Positions 35,041 to 45,565 of a stretch of 64,000 nt of DNA are shown in pieces. Below the pieces are notes generated by a model. That model was not told the origin of the DNA, did not search any database, and saw only the letters and a list, made by a program, of their open reading frames with translations. The stretch lies in the IMG/VR virus record IMGVR_UViG_3300010167_000013. One strand, given 5' to 3'. Within the stretch, counting starts at the first letter, position 1; each line of letters starts with the position of its first letter. A program made the position numbers and the translations under genes. This DNA is from a virus. Its lineage: Duplodnaviria > Caudoviricetes.

Positions 35041-38000
35041 TTATAATGGGGCTACATTTATCTCAGATGCCGAGGTAGCATATACCAGATGACATGGAGA
35101 GTTAGCTGGATACAAGCTCTGCATCGTAAACATATAAACTGCATGTGCGTCTGATACGTCTAACAAGGTGGGAGATACCAAATCAATCAAAGTGTTATCG
35201 CCCATCAATGCCTTGAAGTCACCTGTTACAGAAATAGTCGGAGTAGTAGTTGGTTTGATATCTTTGAATGGTATTCCGAATACAACACGATTTACTTCAC
35301 CGTTGGCATTAGATGTATTATTTCTGGTTGTAGTGAAACCAACAAATTCAGAAATAACATCATTTCCTCCTCCGGTGAATGTTTCATACCCAGTTCTATC
35401 TTTAACATTGATAGCTGTTGGGGTAACCGTAATGGTAGACTCAATGGAATCGTACACAAGATACCCAATGTTATTCATTGGATGTGCAGGACAGTCGAAT
35501 CTAATTACAGCATGACTGCATGTAGTAACTACAACGCTTGGAGAAGTCAATGCTTTTGTTGTACCATCTCCCATGAGAGCGTTGAAGCTTCCATTGACAG
35601 AAACAGTTGGTAGTACACTCTTGATATCCTTGAATGGTACTGTGAAGAACATTCTTGTTACATCACCATTTATATCAGCAGTGTTATCTCTTGCAAGAGT
35701 GATACCCTTGAAGTCAGACACATCTCCAGCTCCAGCTGCAAATACTTCTAAGTCATCCGGCCAGATAATTCTCTGGTCTGGTCCTATTGAAGATATGGTG
35801 ATACTGGATGCTGGATCTAGCACCAAGATACATGGACTACTGTGAGCAAACGATGTCGCAAGGGTGAAAGATATCATGGCATTGAATCTAGTCACAGATA
35901 CTATTTCAGGACTACTCAATACCACAGATGTATCGTCTCCAAGTAAAGCTTTGAAAGTACCAGCTAGCACAACACTTGGAGCTGAACCTCTCTGCCTGCA
36001 GAATGAAACATTGAACACAACCTTGGTTACTTCACCATTTGCATCACTTGTGTTATAGGCACTCGTGAATCCAACAAATCCGGTTATTCCATCTCCTGCA
36101 AATTCATGAATTTCATCGTCATCCATCCATCTGACATTCTTGTAGATTTCTGGATTCAACAACCTCCAGTTTACTCCATCGAATGAGAATGCATGGGTAC
36201 ACGCACTGCCAATCATGTAGTTCTCAAGAGGAAGTCCACCATACAATATTGGAGCTGGTCCGGTATTCTGAACATCTAACATGGTGGTTGCTGCACTATC
36301 ATCTTCATTGTCAAATGTAATACAAACCATACTTCCAATTTGCCTGATGAATGTAGGATCTATCATATGACTAGATCTCAGTGTTGCAACTTTTATCGAT
36401 ATATCTCCTGCAGTTGTACATTCTCCATGCATTGCTCCTGAGCCATTCTGACGCACCCATGCTGTAGTAGCTATTTGATCATCACTACTATCATCGGCAG
36501 GAGTCGGAGCTTTTGGAATACCAATAAACTCTGGAGAATCTATTGGGGCTCTTGTGATATCATTGGGATGTCTGTGATCTGCTCTAGCATAGAATCCATC
36601 ATCGGTTCCTATGAATACAGTACCATCCATTTCAGGTTCAGTCTCAGCAGATCTGGTATGACCAAATACACCACTGGTAGCTCTACCAAACGTGGATCCA
36701 GAAGGAGAAGTGTGAACCCTAGGAGCTTTTGTTGTATCCAAATATCTACCCATGTTGGCAGATAAACCAGCTACTGCAGAAGTGGACTCGAGATGATCTA
36801 TTACAGTGAATCCCTCGAGATCCAGTATCAAATTAATTACATCGTCAATGTCGGCTTTTCTGTCATTCAATATCCTACCCATGTTAGCCGACAATGGACG
36901 TTCCGCTTCGTACGAGATTAGGTTATTGATTACTTGAGTCTTGACGTATTCCGTAGTAGCTATTCTGTTTGATTTGTCACTAACTGGTTGAGTAGTTGTA
37001 GTGGGAGACTGCTTCAAGTGAATCGATGGCACCAGTTCGGTATCTCCAATTGAAGACGGAATGATGTTGGCCTTGATTATATTATCATCCTCTACTATCA
37101 CTTGGATATGTGTACCGATGCTACCATAATACAACTGTATCAATGCATTTATGTTGATTCTATTCTCGGTTCCATTTGGTAGTACTATTACCAATTCCTT
37201 GGTAGTGGAATCGAAATAGATGTTGTTGAATATGTCGGCAATAGGTATCGGAATATTCAATACGCTATCGTCGTTGAATGTGAATGTCAATGTCCCAGAT
37301 GTATTGTTCCAAGCAACATTCACAACGCAGGTTACTCCTGCCCCACCAAGCAAGATAATTTTATCGTTCAATTCGTCAAGAGCTAACTGAACAGCAGTGG
37401 ATATCGGTTTATTTACGTCTGTGGTATTATCTACATTACCCAATCCTATTTGTGATTTAGTAACACTGTGAGGATTAGCAAAATCATTCAGGTGATTATT
37501 AAATGAAGAAACTGGTACTGCTCCTATCAGAGAAGCACTAACCTTGTGTGGATTTGTGAAATCATTGATATGCTCGTATATATCTTGACGAATACCATCT
37601 AATCCACCAGGTCCATCAAGGAGAGCCTGAATATCACCTATGATAATATCTCTGATATCGAATTCCTTGCTGACAGCCTTCTGAGTAATAAACCCATCGT
37701 CATTCGGACCAAGAGTTTTATACCATTCTGGACGGCCATTGATCTTGTCCCACTTCACCAGTCCATCTGGAAGTTCCCAGCCAGATAATGTCAGATCGTC
37801 AAATAAGTCAGGTAACGATTTCCAGGTGGTATCATAGTTTTCATTTGAGAGTTTGACCAGAAGGTCTGTAATCTCACCACCGACTGCTACACCTTTTCCA
37901 TCAACACCATCTACATAGTCAACACCTTTGATGGGGGTATATCCATCATCACCCTTGATCTTGAAAGATGAAGGAGCTGTAGTTTCATCTGAGAGATCCC

Positions 38001-39078
38001 AGGATATAATTCCCTCACTGTCTATTGAAGGTTTCCATACATTGCCATTCAGTCCATCTCCACCCAATGAATCCTCACCGGCGTTGTTGGATAATACTCT
38101 CAAGAATCTACCCTGTACCCAAACAAACATTGCAGTATCTGGATATCGGATTATCATATCACCCGGGTTCATGTTTGCAAATCCAACTTCTTGCCACATT
38201 AATCCAGGACGTTTAATATAAATAATAACATCTTGAGTTTCGTTGATGAGATAATCTGTCACTGGTTTCAGTGCAAAATAAGTCAAGCTTGGATTAGGTA
38301 CATCGGGAAGTGAATCATTGAAGCCAAGTATGTAGTTGGGATTCCAGTTAGCTGGATGATACTTCACTAACTCGGCCTGATTCGTTCTGTCATCCCACAT
38401 TATATTGAGATAATTGAAGAACGATTCACGTAATGCCTCGAATAAATCATCCACTTCTCTACGAGTGTAGGTACCTGCTTGATGAGCTGTTACGTTGTGA
38501 GGATTATTGGTATCGTAAATGTGTTGATCTACTTCAGTCTGATCTGCTTTTCCATTCCAACGTACTCTCTCATCATTACCAATATGCATATTGGTATTCC
38601 CAATATGAGCTTGTAATGAACTCAGTGGAGCCATAGAGTTCCAACGAGTACGCTCAATATCAGTTGTATGAATCGAGTTATCGTTGATATGAGAGTTCAA
38701 GGCCGACATTGGAGCCCTGGTGTCAATCGAATCACCGATGGCTTTCTCGGTGGGGATCTTTTGATGTGACCTCAGGGATGGATCTCCATTGATACTCTTT
38801 ATTACCTCTAATGCTCCTATCTGCCCCTTGACACCAGACCAGGTCATTATGTTTCCCGGAAGTCCAGCCTGAATGATATCCTGTTTATCAGCAATCAGTC
38901 GATATATGCTCTCAAGTTCATCAGTCAGATTTGAAGAGTTATCATCCATGTTTCTCTTGACAGCATCGAAGACTGTTATTGGATATACAAAATCAAAATC
39001 AAACGGTGGAATTGGGAGTTGATCCGGGTCTAGCCAGTTTCTGCTTTGGACGATTTTCTTGTCTCTTAATTCTCCCAT
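35041..39078 (-). CDS. Long tail fibre-like protein with three C-terminal tandem domains
   Basis: HI...ER..WN, NPH.V, GLGNVDNTTDVNKPIS, ARADH.HP and SPEF.G.PKAPT motifs, then three ~115-aa repeats (F.G.T...NT...NG.V....F..F). Start ATG 39078; AACC-N6-TA at 39119-39130. Confidence 0.75.
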   Translation of the reverse strand: MGELRDKKIVQSRNWLDPDQLPIPPFDFDFVYPITVFDAVKRNMDDNSSNLTDELESIYRLIADKQDIIQAGLPGNIMTWSGVKGQIGALEVIKSINGDPSLRSHQKIPTEKAIGDSIDTRAPMSALNSHINDNSIHTTDIERTRWNSMAPLSSLQAHIGNTNMHIGNDERVRWNGKADQTEVDQHIYDTNNPHNVTAHQAGTYTRREVDDLFEALRESFFNYLNIMWDDRTNQAELVKYHPANWNPNYILGFNDSLPDVPNPSLTYFALKPVTDYLINETQDVIIYIKRPGLMWQEVGFANMNPGDMIIRYPDTAMFVWVQGRFLRVLSNNAGEDSLGGDGLNGNVWKPSIDSEGIISWDLSDETTAPSSFKIKGDDGYTPIKGVDYVDGVDGKGVAVGGEITDLLVKLSNENYDTTWKSLPDLFDDLTLSGWELPDGLVKWDKINGRPEWYKTLGPNDDGFITQKAVSKEFDIRDIIIGDIQALLDGPGGLDGIRQDIYEHINDFTNPHKVSASLIGAVPVSSFNNHLNDFANPHSVTKSQIGLGNVDNTTDVNKPISTAVQLALDELNDKIILLGGAGVTCVVNVAWNNTSGTLTFTFNDDSVLNIPIPIADIFNNIYFDSTTKELVIVLPNGTENRININALIQLYYGSIGTHIQVIVEDDNIIKANIIPSSIGDTELVPSIHLKQSPTTTTQPVSDKSNRIATTEYVKTQVINNLISYEAERPLSANMGRILNDRKADIDDVINLILDLEGFTVIDHLESTSAVAGLSANMGRYLDTTKAPRVHTSPSGSTFGRATSGVFGHTRSAETEPEMDGTVFIGTDDGFYARADHRHPNDITRAPIDSPEFIGIPKAPTPADDSSDDQIATTAWVRQNGSGAMHGECTTAGDISIKVATLRSSHMIDPTFIRQIGSMVCITFDNEDDSAATTMLDVQNTGPAPILYGGLPLENYMIGSACTHAFSFDGVNWRLLNPEIYKNVRWMDDDEIHEFAGDGITGFVGFTSAYNTSDANGEVTKVVFNVSFCRQRGSAPSVVLAGTFKALLGDDTSVVLSSPEIVSVTRFNAMISFTLATSFAHSSPCILVLDPASSITISSIGPDQRIIWPDDLEVFAAGAGDVSDFKGITLARDNTADINGDVTRMFFTVPFKDIKSVLPTVSVNGSFNALMGDGTTKALTSPSVVVTTCSHAVIRFDCPAHPMNNIGYLVYDSIESTITVTPTAINVKDRTGYETFTGGGNDVISEFVGFTTTRNNTSNANGEVNRVVFGIPFKDIKPTTTPTISVTGDFKALMGDNTLIDLVSPTLLDVSDAHAVYMFTMQSLYPANSPCHLVYATSASEINVAPL

Positions 39079-39210
39079 ACATCTATTCTCTCCTTTACTT
39101 AGAATTAACTTTAACATTTAAAAGGAGGTTGGAGTGTGCTCTAACTATTCCTGTGTCATAAATATATCATATCTGAGCAAGCAGAACTTGGCTCATGTAA
39201 GGAGGCTAAT

Positions 39211-39729
39211 ATGAACATCAATGTTGGTGATCGAGTACAAGTTATAAATGGATCTATTGACGTCAGTAATGGAAATATTGCTAGAACTGGACAATGGTAT
39301 GTGACAGGTAGTTCTATGTGGGCTACTGTTGAACTAATAGATGATCAATGGAAAACTGGGAATAGATGGGAGTTACCATCCACAGTAACTAGAATAAAAT
39401 GTGTGAATAGTGCAGGTACTGTTGTTTGGCAAGTACAACCACATCACATATCACCACAGATAATAAAAACATCGGATAGTGATATTGTTCAGAGAGTTCC
39501 ATTCAAACTCCCACCAATACTAGCACCAACAGAACAAGGAGCATTGGACTTTGGGGTAGCTGGACTAGAATCTACTCCCCTTGAAGAGATTGTGGTCTCT
39601 CCTGTACTTGGTAATGCTCAATTTGCGGAAGAGGGTCCAATGATGAAAACGTCAGGAGCTGTTGGAATAGAAACACATGTTATATCAGGAACTACAATAG
39701 GACAAGGAGAACGTGTGATATATAAATGA
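39211..39729 (+). CDS. Hypothetical protein with an SH3-like N-terminus
   Basis: INVGDRVQV start. RBS GGAGG. Confidence 0.55.
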   Translation: MNINVGDRVQVINGSIDVSNGNIARTGQWYVTGSSMWATVELIDDQWKTGNRWELPSTVTRIKCVNSAGTVVWQVQPHHISPQIIKTSDSDIVQRVPFKLPPILAPTEQGALDFGVAGLESTPLEEIVVSPVLGNAQFAEEGPMMKTSGAVGIETHVISGTTIGQGERVIYK

Positions 39730-39744
39730 AGGGAGTTGAGATAG

Positions 39745-41319
39745 ATGGATGAACAGCTGGACATACTAACAGATGCAGAAAGAAGAAACATCGGAACTCC
39801 TGCTTGGTTGACACGTGATCGTAGTATTCGTGGTCAGGAAGTTATACCAATGACAGCAGACGGTCAGAAAGTACGAGAGTTGTTGAACGAAATCCCTCAG
39901 GATAGACAAAACTCATATGAGTTTCCAGCATATAGAGCAGGTCCTCGGAGAGGTACAGATAGTAATGCCCTAGAGGAAGCTGGTGAACTTGCTCCACATC
40001 GTGGACTAAGAGTTGCTCAATATGATTACCGAATCGATGTTGGAGATGACAGATACCCTCTGACAGGACCAAGTTTGGAAGATAAACTGATGAATGTTCG
40101 TGCATCGGTTGGGCTTCCTGTTCACGGTAGGAATGATATTGCCAAGGCAATGAAGTACTACATGTACAATAGGTTCAAAAGCCCAGATACTAACCTTGCT
40201 CACAATAAGTCATTCACACATGTGTTTTTCACAAGGCCTGATTTAAATTTGCTCAATTATGAATCCACGGCAAATGAACAAGTTAGAAGCTTTGGGGAAA
40301 CTAATATATTGTGGCAAAGAAATCCAGAACTATTCAAACTATTGACAGAAGGTAGCCGTTGCAAGGATAACAATAATTTCAATCTATTGTTGTCAAATCA
40401 GATAACATCATTTGATATCCAAGATGAAATGCTATCCACTCAAGAGGCTGGTAAATCATGGGCTGGATATGAGATGATTTATGGTGATCAATATAATGGA
40501 AGAACTGCTGGAGAATTCAGTTGCGGGTTCACAGAAACTCAAGATTATTCTATCATAAATCTGATCAAGTTGTGGATTACATACATCGACAATGTGGCAA
40601 AGGGAGCTTGGAAGCCATCATATAATCTCAAAGGGGATGGAAGAGCAAAATCGGTATACAGCATGGAAGAATTCAATCTGAGTCATGTCTTCAGCAAGAC
40701 TCTTGATTATGCATCGTCATGCTACGTATTCAAATGTGGACCGGATGGAGAAGAAGTTCTGTATTGGTCAAAGTATTACGGGGTATTCCCAATTAACACA
40801 GGAGCTCAAGCGCTGAGCTGGGAATTGGCTCAGAATATTGGGGATGCTCCAAAATTAAATATTCGATTCAAATATTCGTTCAAGAGAGATTTATCCCCTG
40901 TATCTTTGATTGAGTTCAATGACAATGCCGGTAACCCATCAACATTTGTTCCCAAACATGGTCAGATCACCAATCCAGTGACTTCAAGTGTACACACAGA
41001 TTATTCAAATACAGTGAGGCCATATGTTGGATGTCCCTTTCTCACCATGGAATTTCGTGATCCAGTAACAGTTCCAGTTCGCAACGGAGCTGGTATTGGT
41101 CCTAGTGCTTCTTCTTCGAAGATTAGATTAAAATTTAGAAATGCAGAAGAGTCTGATACCAGGTTATCTGACAGAAACTTATATCGAGCTACGCTTGCAG
41201 GTTCAAACCATGCAGGGTCAACAGCATACCTTCAATCAGCATACAGAGTGAATGAAGATATTCATAGTAGGACGTACGAAGATGGAAGAGTAGAGGAATT
41301 GAGGAGGTATCTGATATGA
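39745..41319 (+). CDS. Virion structural protein (tail tube/baseplate hub-like)
   Basis: HVFFTRPDLNL...LLSN...GEFS..F.E...W..YI...LDYASSCY.F...YWSKYYGVFP pattern of jumbo-phage tube-like proteins. Coupled to the wedge gene. Confidence 0.55.
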   Translation: MDEQLDILTDAERRNIGTPAWLTRDRSIRGQEVIPMTADGQKVRELLNEIPQDRQNSYEFPAYRAGPRRGTDSNALEEAGELAPHRGLRVAQYDYRIDVGDDRYPLTGPSLEDKLMNVRASVGLPVHGRNDIAKAMKYYMYNRFKSPDTNLAHNKSFTHVFFTRPDLNLLNYESTANEQVRSFGETNILWQRNPELFKLLTEGSRCKDNNNFNLLLSNQITSFDIQDEMLSTQEAGKSWAGYEMIYGDQYNGRTAGEFSCGFTETQDYSIINLIKLWITYIDNVAKGAWKPSYNLKGDGRAKSVYSMEEFNLSHVFSKTLDYASSCYVFKCGPDGEEVLYWSKYYGVFPINTGAQALSWELAQNIGDAPKLNIRFKYSFKRDLSPVSLIEFNDNAGNPSTFVPKHGQITNPVTSSVHTDYSNTVRPYVGCPFLTMEFRDPVTVPVRNGAGIGPSASSSKIRLKFRNAEESDTRLSDRNLYRATLAGSNHAGSTAYLQSAYRVNEDIHSRTYEDGRVEELRRYLI

Positions 41320-44063
41320 TTGAGAGAGTTGGAAACAGAGACGTCTTAGTCAGAAATTACACCAGTAATTTCGACGTAAAGGAATTCATACAGAGCGTCC
41401 TCATACCAAAAGCATTCCCCAATGTTCCAATGAATAAACTCAATCTTGGATTCACAGGAGTGACATCCGAATACATATCCCAGGCTATTGAGGACTCATA
41501 TGCAACTGCTGCACTCATGCTAAACGAGTCATTCATCACCAGAGCTGTGCTACCTAACTCGATATATTCCGAGGCTTCATTGTTTGATCTTGGATATACG
41601 TTTGCTACTCCGTCCAAATGTAGCTTTGCTGTTCAGATATGGATGGAGGATATAATCAAACATTCTACCAGAGTAAGGAATACACCGACCAGTAGGTACA
41701 AGCTGGATAAAAATACAAAGTTACTACTTGGGAATAATTCATATCGTTTTGACTATGACATCTTCATTGATCATCAGTTCATTGATGGACGTAGAGCATT
41801 CAACGTATATTACGACATCACCGAGAATAATTCAATTGCTATCGTCACCAACAGATATGTCAGACACCAGGTGACCTCAATAGGATGGTTAGTATTATTC
41901 GTTGATCTACAAGAGTTTGATCGGAAGATAGAAGAGAATACAATCGCAGACAATCTGATTACTACTAATAGTGATATCATATTGAAATGGAGCAGACAGA
42001 TTGCTGGTATGGATCTAGTCTACATCACCCCTCGTGGTGAAAGACTTCCGATGAAAAAAAAGATTCAACATACTAGACCTGATCAAGATCCATTTTCATG
42101 GTATTCTTTCATCAATGATAACACGCTTCGATTGATATTCTCAGACAGAAGAGGGTTCTTCCAACCTGCATTCAATAGTAAAATTGAATCAACCATCTAC
42201 ACGTGCAGAGGAGCAATTTCCAACTTTGATGAGTATGACAATAAGTCGGCTGTTCCTGTACAGAGAACTGGAGAGGTGTTTGAATATAATGCTAATACCA
42301 GAATGGTTGCATTGTGTTACGGAGGATCCAAGGGAGGAACAGATAGAGGAAACATCGAACTACTGAGGGACGATGTAATTACAGCATATAACACCGTAAA
42401 GGTGTTGTCCACGGATCATGATTTGGATCTTTGGTTCAACAACTTTGCCAAACGTCATAACACAAAGGCTTGTTTCTTCAAGAGGAGGGATGATCCAACT
42501 GGGAAGCTCTTCTCCCAGTTTGTTGTGATAAACGACAACAGCTATGTGTATCCGACAAATACTCTCAGTATTGATGTTCAGCACGATCAATTTGATTTTG
42601 TGAACAGTGATGATTTAGGGAACAACAGGGAGTTCATCATCAAACCTGGTCATCTCTGGGAATATGTAGATGACAGTAGAGACACTGTGAGGATGGTTGA
42701 AGGAACAGAAGGATTGGCATTTGTGAGTGATGAAGCGTTACCTCCAATAACTACAGATAGACCATTCATGTTTGTCAACCCATTCTACATCAAGGTTCAT
42801 AGACAACCAACCCTGTCTGCTAATTATAATTACTTGATAGATCATACATCATGGCCTGATGACATTCCGATAGACACAGATGTATTCTATCAGTTCCAAT
42901 TGGCAACTTTGTCAATTGAAAGATCGTTGTCAAGAAAGCTGAATAACAAATACAGAATTCAGGTAATATGTGTTCCAGTAATAAGTCAGGATGGGAATAG
43001 CAAATACATTGAGGGAATCGGCAATGAGTTCCCAGTAGAAGGTAATGATCTACGCTTGATTCTAGTGACAAGATCAAGGTTGGATGGAGAAACAGGATAC
43101 ATCGAAATGAAACCTATTGAGCTCAGACCAGGTGGAGCTATCTTCTACGAAACGACAATATCAGTTCATGACAATCTGAGATCGGATATGATGCTAGAAG
43201 TTGACATTGATGAAACTCCAGGAATAACATCACTGATTGCAAATGGTCCTAGAGAAGGTGGAGTTTACATCGATTCTGCAGAAACCAGTTTTCATTTCCT
43301 GATAATGATGAGGGATCCAAAAAATACATCAACCACGAATTTGTACGGAAATGATACATTCCAAGGATATGCAATGGCAAACAGATTCGCCAATCAACAC
43401 AGAGATCTGATATTGTACAAGCCAATGACAATGATGAGATCTGTTGTTACATTTGCCGGTTACAACAACAACTTCAGTCTCAGAGGTACATTGACACCGT
43501 TATTGAAGTACGACGTACCACTTGATGAGGAGAAGATGTCGTATTTCATCAGAGCATTCACCGATCAGTATTCTGCTGTAGAACCAGTGTTGAAAAGACT
43601 GGATGGTAATTCATTCCTGGACTTCAAGTTATTCAACACATATGGTAGGTCCAATAACTACTACATAGGACCTGCAGATGATTCAGACGTACTGTGGGAT
43701 TCCAACATCTTACTGGACAATGTTCATGTGAAGATCAAATTCCGCATGGCAGTGCATGATAGATCGGCTTATGTTCAAACTGTGGATGCTGTGATCAACG
43801 AGATAAAACTATTTTTCGAATCCTTGGATAGTGGGGAGCTTAGGGATATTCATGTATCAGACTTGATTCATATCATCAAGGAGAGGCATCCAAACGTAAA
43901 CTACATTCGTTTTGTGGGATTCAATGATTACGATGCAAATAAGCAATCGATATTCGTAAAATACGATGACATTTCGGAATTACCAGCAAGTAGCATTCAA
44001 TGCCATGTTCCAGAGCTAGTAAGAGTCTCCAGAGAAAGCATAGAAATAATCGAAGAAGTATAA
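41316..44063 (+). CDS. Baseplate wedge subunit (T4 gp6-like)
   Basis: NESFITRAVLPNSIYSEA...GY.FATPS and GGTDRGNIELLR match gp6-type motifs. Confidence 0.7.
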   Translation: MIERVGNRDVLVRNYTSNFDVKEFIQSVLIPKAFPNVPMNKLNLGFTGVTSEYISQAIEDSYATAALMLNESFITRAVLPNSIYSEASLFDLGYTFATPSKCSFAVQIWMEDIIKHSTRVRNTPTSRYKLDKNTKLLLGNNSYRFDYDIFIDHQFIDGRRAFNVYYDITENNSIAIVTNRYVRHQVTSIGWLVLFVDLQEFDRKIEENTIADNLITTNSDIILKWSRQIAGMDLVYITPRGERLPMKKKIQHTRPDQDPFSWYSFINDNTLRLIFSDRRGFFQPAFNSKIESTIYTCRGAISNFDEYDNKSAVPVQRTGEVFEYNANTRMVALCYGGSKGGTDRGNIELLRDDVITAYNTVKVLSTDHDLDLWFNNFAKRHNTKACFFKRRDDPTGKLFSQFVVINDNSYVYPTNTLSIDVQHDQFDFVNSDDLGNNREFIIKPGHLWEYVDDSRDTVRMVEGTEGLAFVSDEALPPITTDRPFMFVNPFYIKVHRQPTLSANYNYLIDHTSWPDDIPIDTDVFYQFQLATLSIERSLSRKLNNKYRIQVICVPVISQDGNSKYIEGIGNEFPVEGNDLRLILVTRSRLDGETGYIEMKPIELRPGGAIFYETTISVHDNLRSDMMLEVDIDETPGITSLIANGPREGGVYIDSAETSFHFLIMMRDPKNTSTTNLYGNDTFQGYAMANRFANQHRDLILYKPMTMMRSVVTFAGYNNNFSLRGTLTPLLKYDVPLDEEKMSYFIRAFTDQYSAVEPVLKRLDGNSFLDFKLFNTYGRSNNYYIGPADDSDVLWDSNILLDNVHVKIKFRMAVHDRSAYVQTVDAVINEIKLFFESLDSGELRDIHVSDLIHIIKERHPNVNYIRFVGFNDYDANKQSIFVKYDDISELPASSIQCHVPELVRVSRESIEIIEEV

Positions 44064-44100
44064 AAAATAGACTCCGGGAATGTCCCCGGAGTCTATTTTT
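44063..44100. terminator. Bidirectional terminator
   Basis: AAAAATAGACTCCGGG...CCCGGAGTCTATTTTT. Confidence 0.7.
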
Positions 44101-44121
44101 ATCACACTTTGAAAAGGATGT

Positions 44122-44487
44122 TTAGGAGGTTTCTCCATATTTCGCTTCTCTGAAATTCTCCCCCATCTCAGTTACAATAGCAGATGCCAGTTGGCCACGA
44201 TAACTATATCCATCTCCATCCTCCGACTCATCTAATTCAGTCTCCTGAACTTCTATTTGGACAAGTTTGTGATACAAATCATTGTACATTTTTTCCGATA
44301 TAGAATCTATATCAGATATACCAAACTCAGCTTTCAAGAAGCGGGCAGCTAGTTCATCAAATATATATCTATATTCTTCTGCCGATAATGAGGGAGAATG
44401 GAGATTCTCCGAGAGGAACTGGACACCCTGCTCAATTGACCATACTTCAGTTTCCATCAGATTTGACTTTAGCATAGTTTCACCCAT
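44122..44487 (-). CDS. Acidic hypothetical protein (possible immunity protein)
   Basis: Directly downstream of the toxin-like gene. Confidence 0.55.
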   Translation of the reverse strand: MGETMLKSNLMETEVWSIEQGVQFLSENLHSPSLSAEEYRYIFDELAARFLKAEFGISDIDSISEKMYNDLYHKLVQIEVQETELDESEDGDGYSYRGQLASAIVTEMGENFREAKYGETS

Positions 44488-44490
44488 TCC

Positions 44491-45030
44491 TTATTGAGTT
44501 AATGTCATCAACTTTCCAGTTTGATGGCTAACTATCACCCGCATGTTTCCTTTACAATAAGCCATACCTTCTGTGGCAGCAACAGGTGTTGAGGTTTTTA
44601 ATGCTTCGATTACATCGTTAAGGTTAAACAAACGCTCCAGCATTCTTTCATATGGATGTTGACCATTGATGCTTTTTATTGTTATTCCATCGGATGTTAC
44701 TATTCCAATTATTGAGTTACGGAAATTGCTTAAACCTTTTCGGTACTCGTCCTCTGTTAGTGTTAGTACTACCTCCCTAGTTCCAAATCGATATATTTCA
44801 ATATTGCCATCTGCATTCTTTGTTTTTGGACTCTCTATGAGATATTCATTTTCATCCAAATTCTCCAGGCTTGATTCATGAAACATCATATGGAACAGAT
44901 TATCAGCAAATAGTATTTCGTACTCTGGTTCCATCCATGGGAATGAGGTTACCCTGGATACGATTCCACATTTCCCAATTTGAGATCCTTTTATAATTTT
45001 AACTTCAGTTCCAATTGCGTATTTATTCAT
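44491..45030 (-). CDS. KOW/SH3-like domain fused to a putative RNase toxin-like domain (DUF4258/MuF-toxin-like)
   Basis: N-terminal IGTEVKIIKG...GKCGIV; C-terminal HPYERMLER...DVIEALK...Y.KG..RVIVS..TGKLMT. Confidence 0.45.
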   Translation of the reverse strand: MNKYAIGTEVKIIKGSQIGKCGIVSRVTSFPWMEPEYEILFADNLFHMMFHESSLENLDENEYLIESPKTKNADGNIEIYRFGTREVVLTLTEDEYRKGLSNFRNSIIGIVTSDGITIKSINGQHPYERMLERLFNLNDVIEALKTSTPVAATEGMAYCKGNMRVIVSHQTGKLMTLTQ

Positions 45031-45038
45031 CTCATTAT

Positions 45039-45554
45039 TTATAAATAAGGAAGATGTCTCAGTAATACATCAATTTCCATGTCCATTATTTCGTCGAATG
45101 TCCACGGACATTCTTTCGGCATACTGTTCATTGAACTAACATGATACGATTTAGGATCAGCATCTAGTATTCTTTCAAATTCGTTGAATGCCCGCCGATA
45201 TGCTAGAGAGATATTTTTCTCCACCAGACAAAGAACATTTACATCAGGATCTTCAGTATCTCTGTCAGTTATATTGTCTATTTCTTCTCTGAACAACTTT
45301 ATCTCTTCAGATAATTTCCTTCGAGTCAAGGTGTCATTTCCATACTTGAGCTTGAAAATGTGAATAATAATCTGCTTCATGAATTTGTTGGCTGGCTTGG
45401 CATCTCTCTTAGTTCCTTCTAAGTAGAGTTCTTCGTCAAAGGCCTCTGTGAATGTTTTACCTTGCGACATTGCAATTAGCGCTCTCTTTATCCTAGCGAG
45501 CTCTTCAGTATGTCGATTGACTCTCTCCATCATCATTGTAAGTTCTTGATCCAT
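45039..45554 (-). CDS. DUF29-like protein
   Basis: IIIHIFKLKYG...MPKECPWTFDEIM. Confidence 0.6.
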   Translation of the reverse strand: MDQELTMMMERVNRHTEELARIKRALIAMSQGKTFTEAFDEELYLEGTKRDAKPANKFMKQIIIHIFKLKYGNDTLTRRKLSEEIKLFREEIDNITDRDTEDPDVNVLCLVEKNISLAYRRAFNEFERILDADPKSYHVSSMNSMPKECPWTFDEIMDMEIDVLLRHLPYL

Positions 45555-45565
45555 AGGTATCCTCC

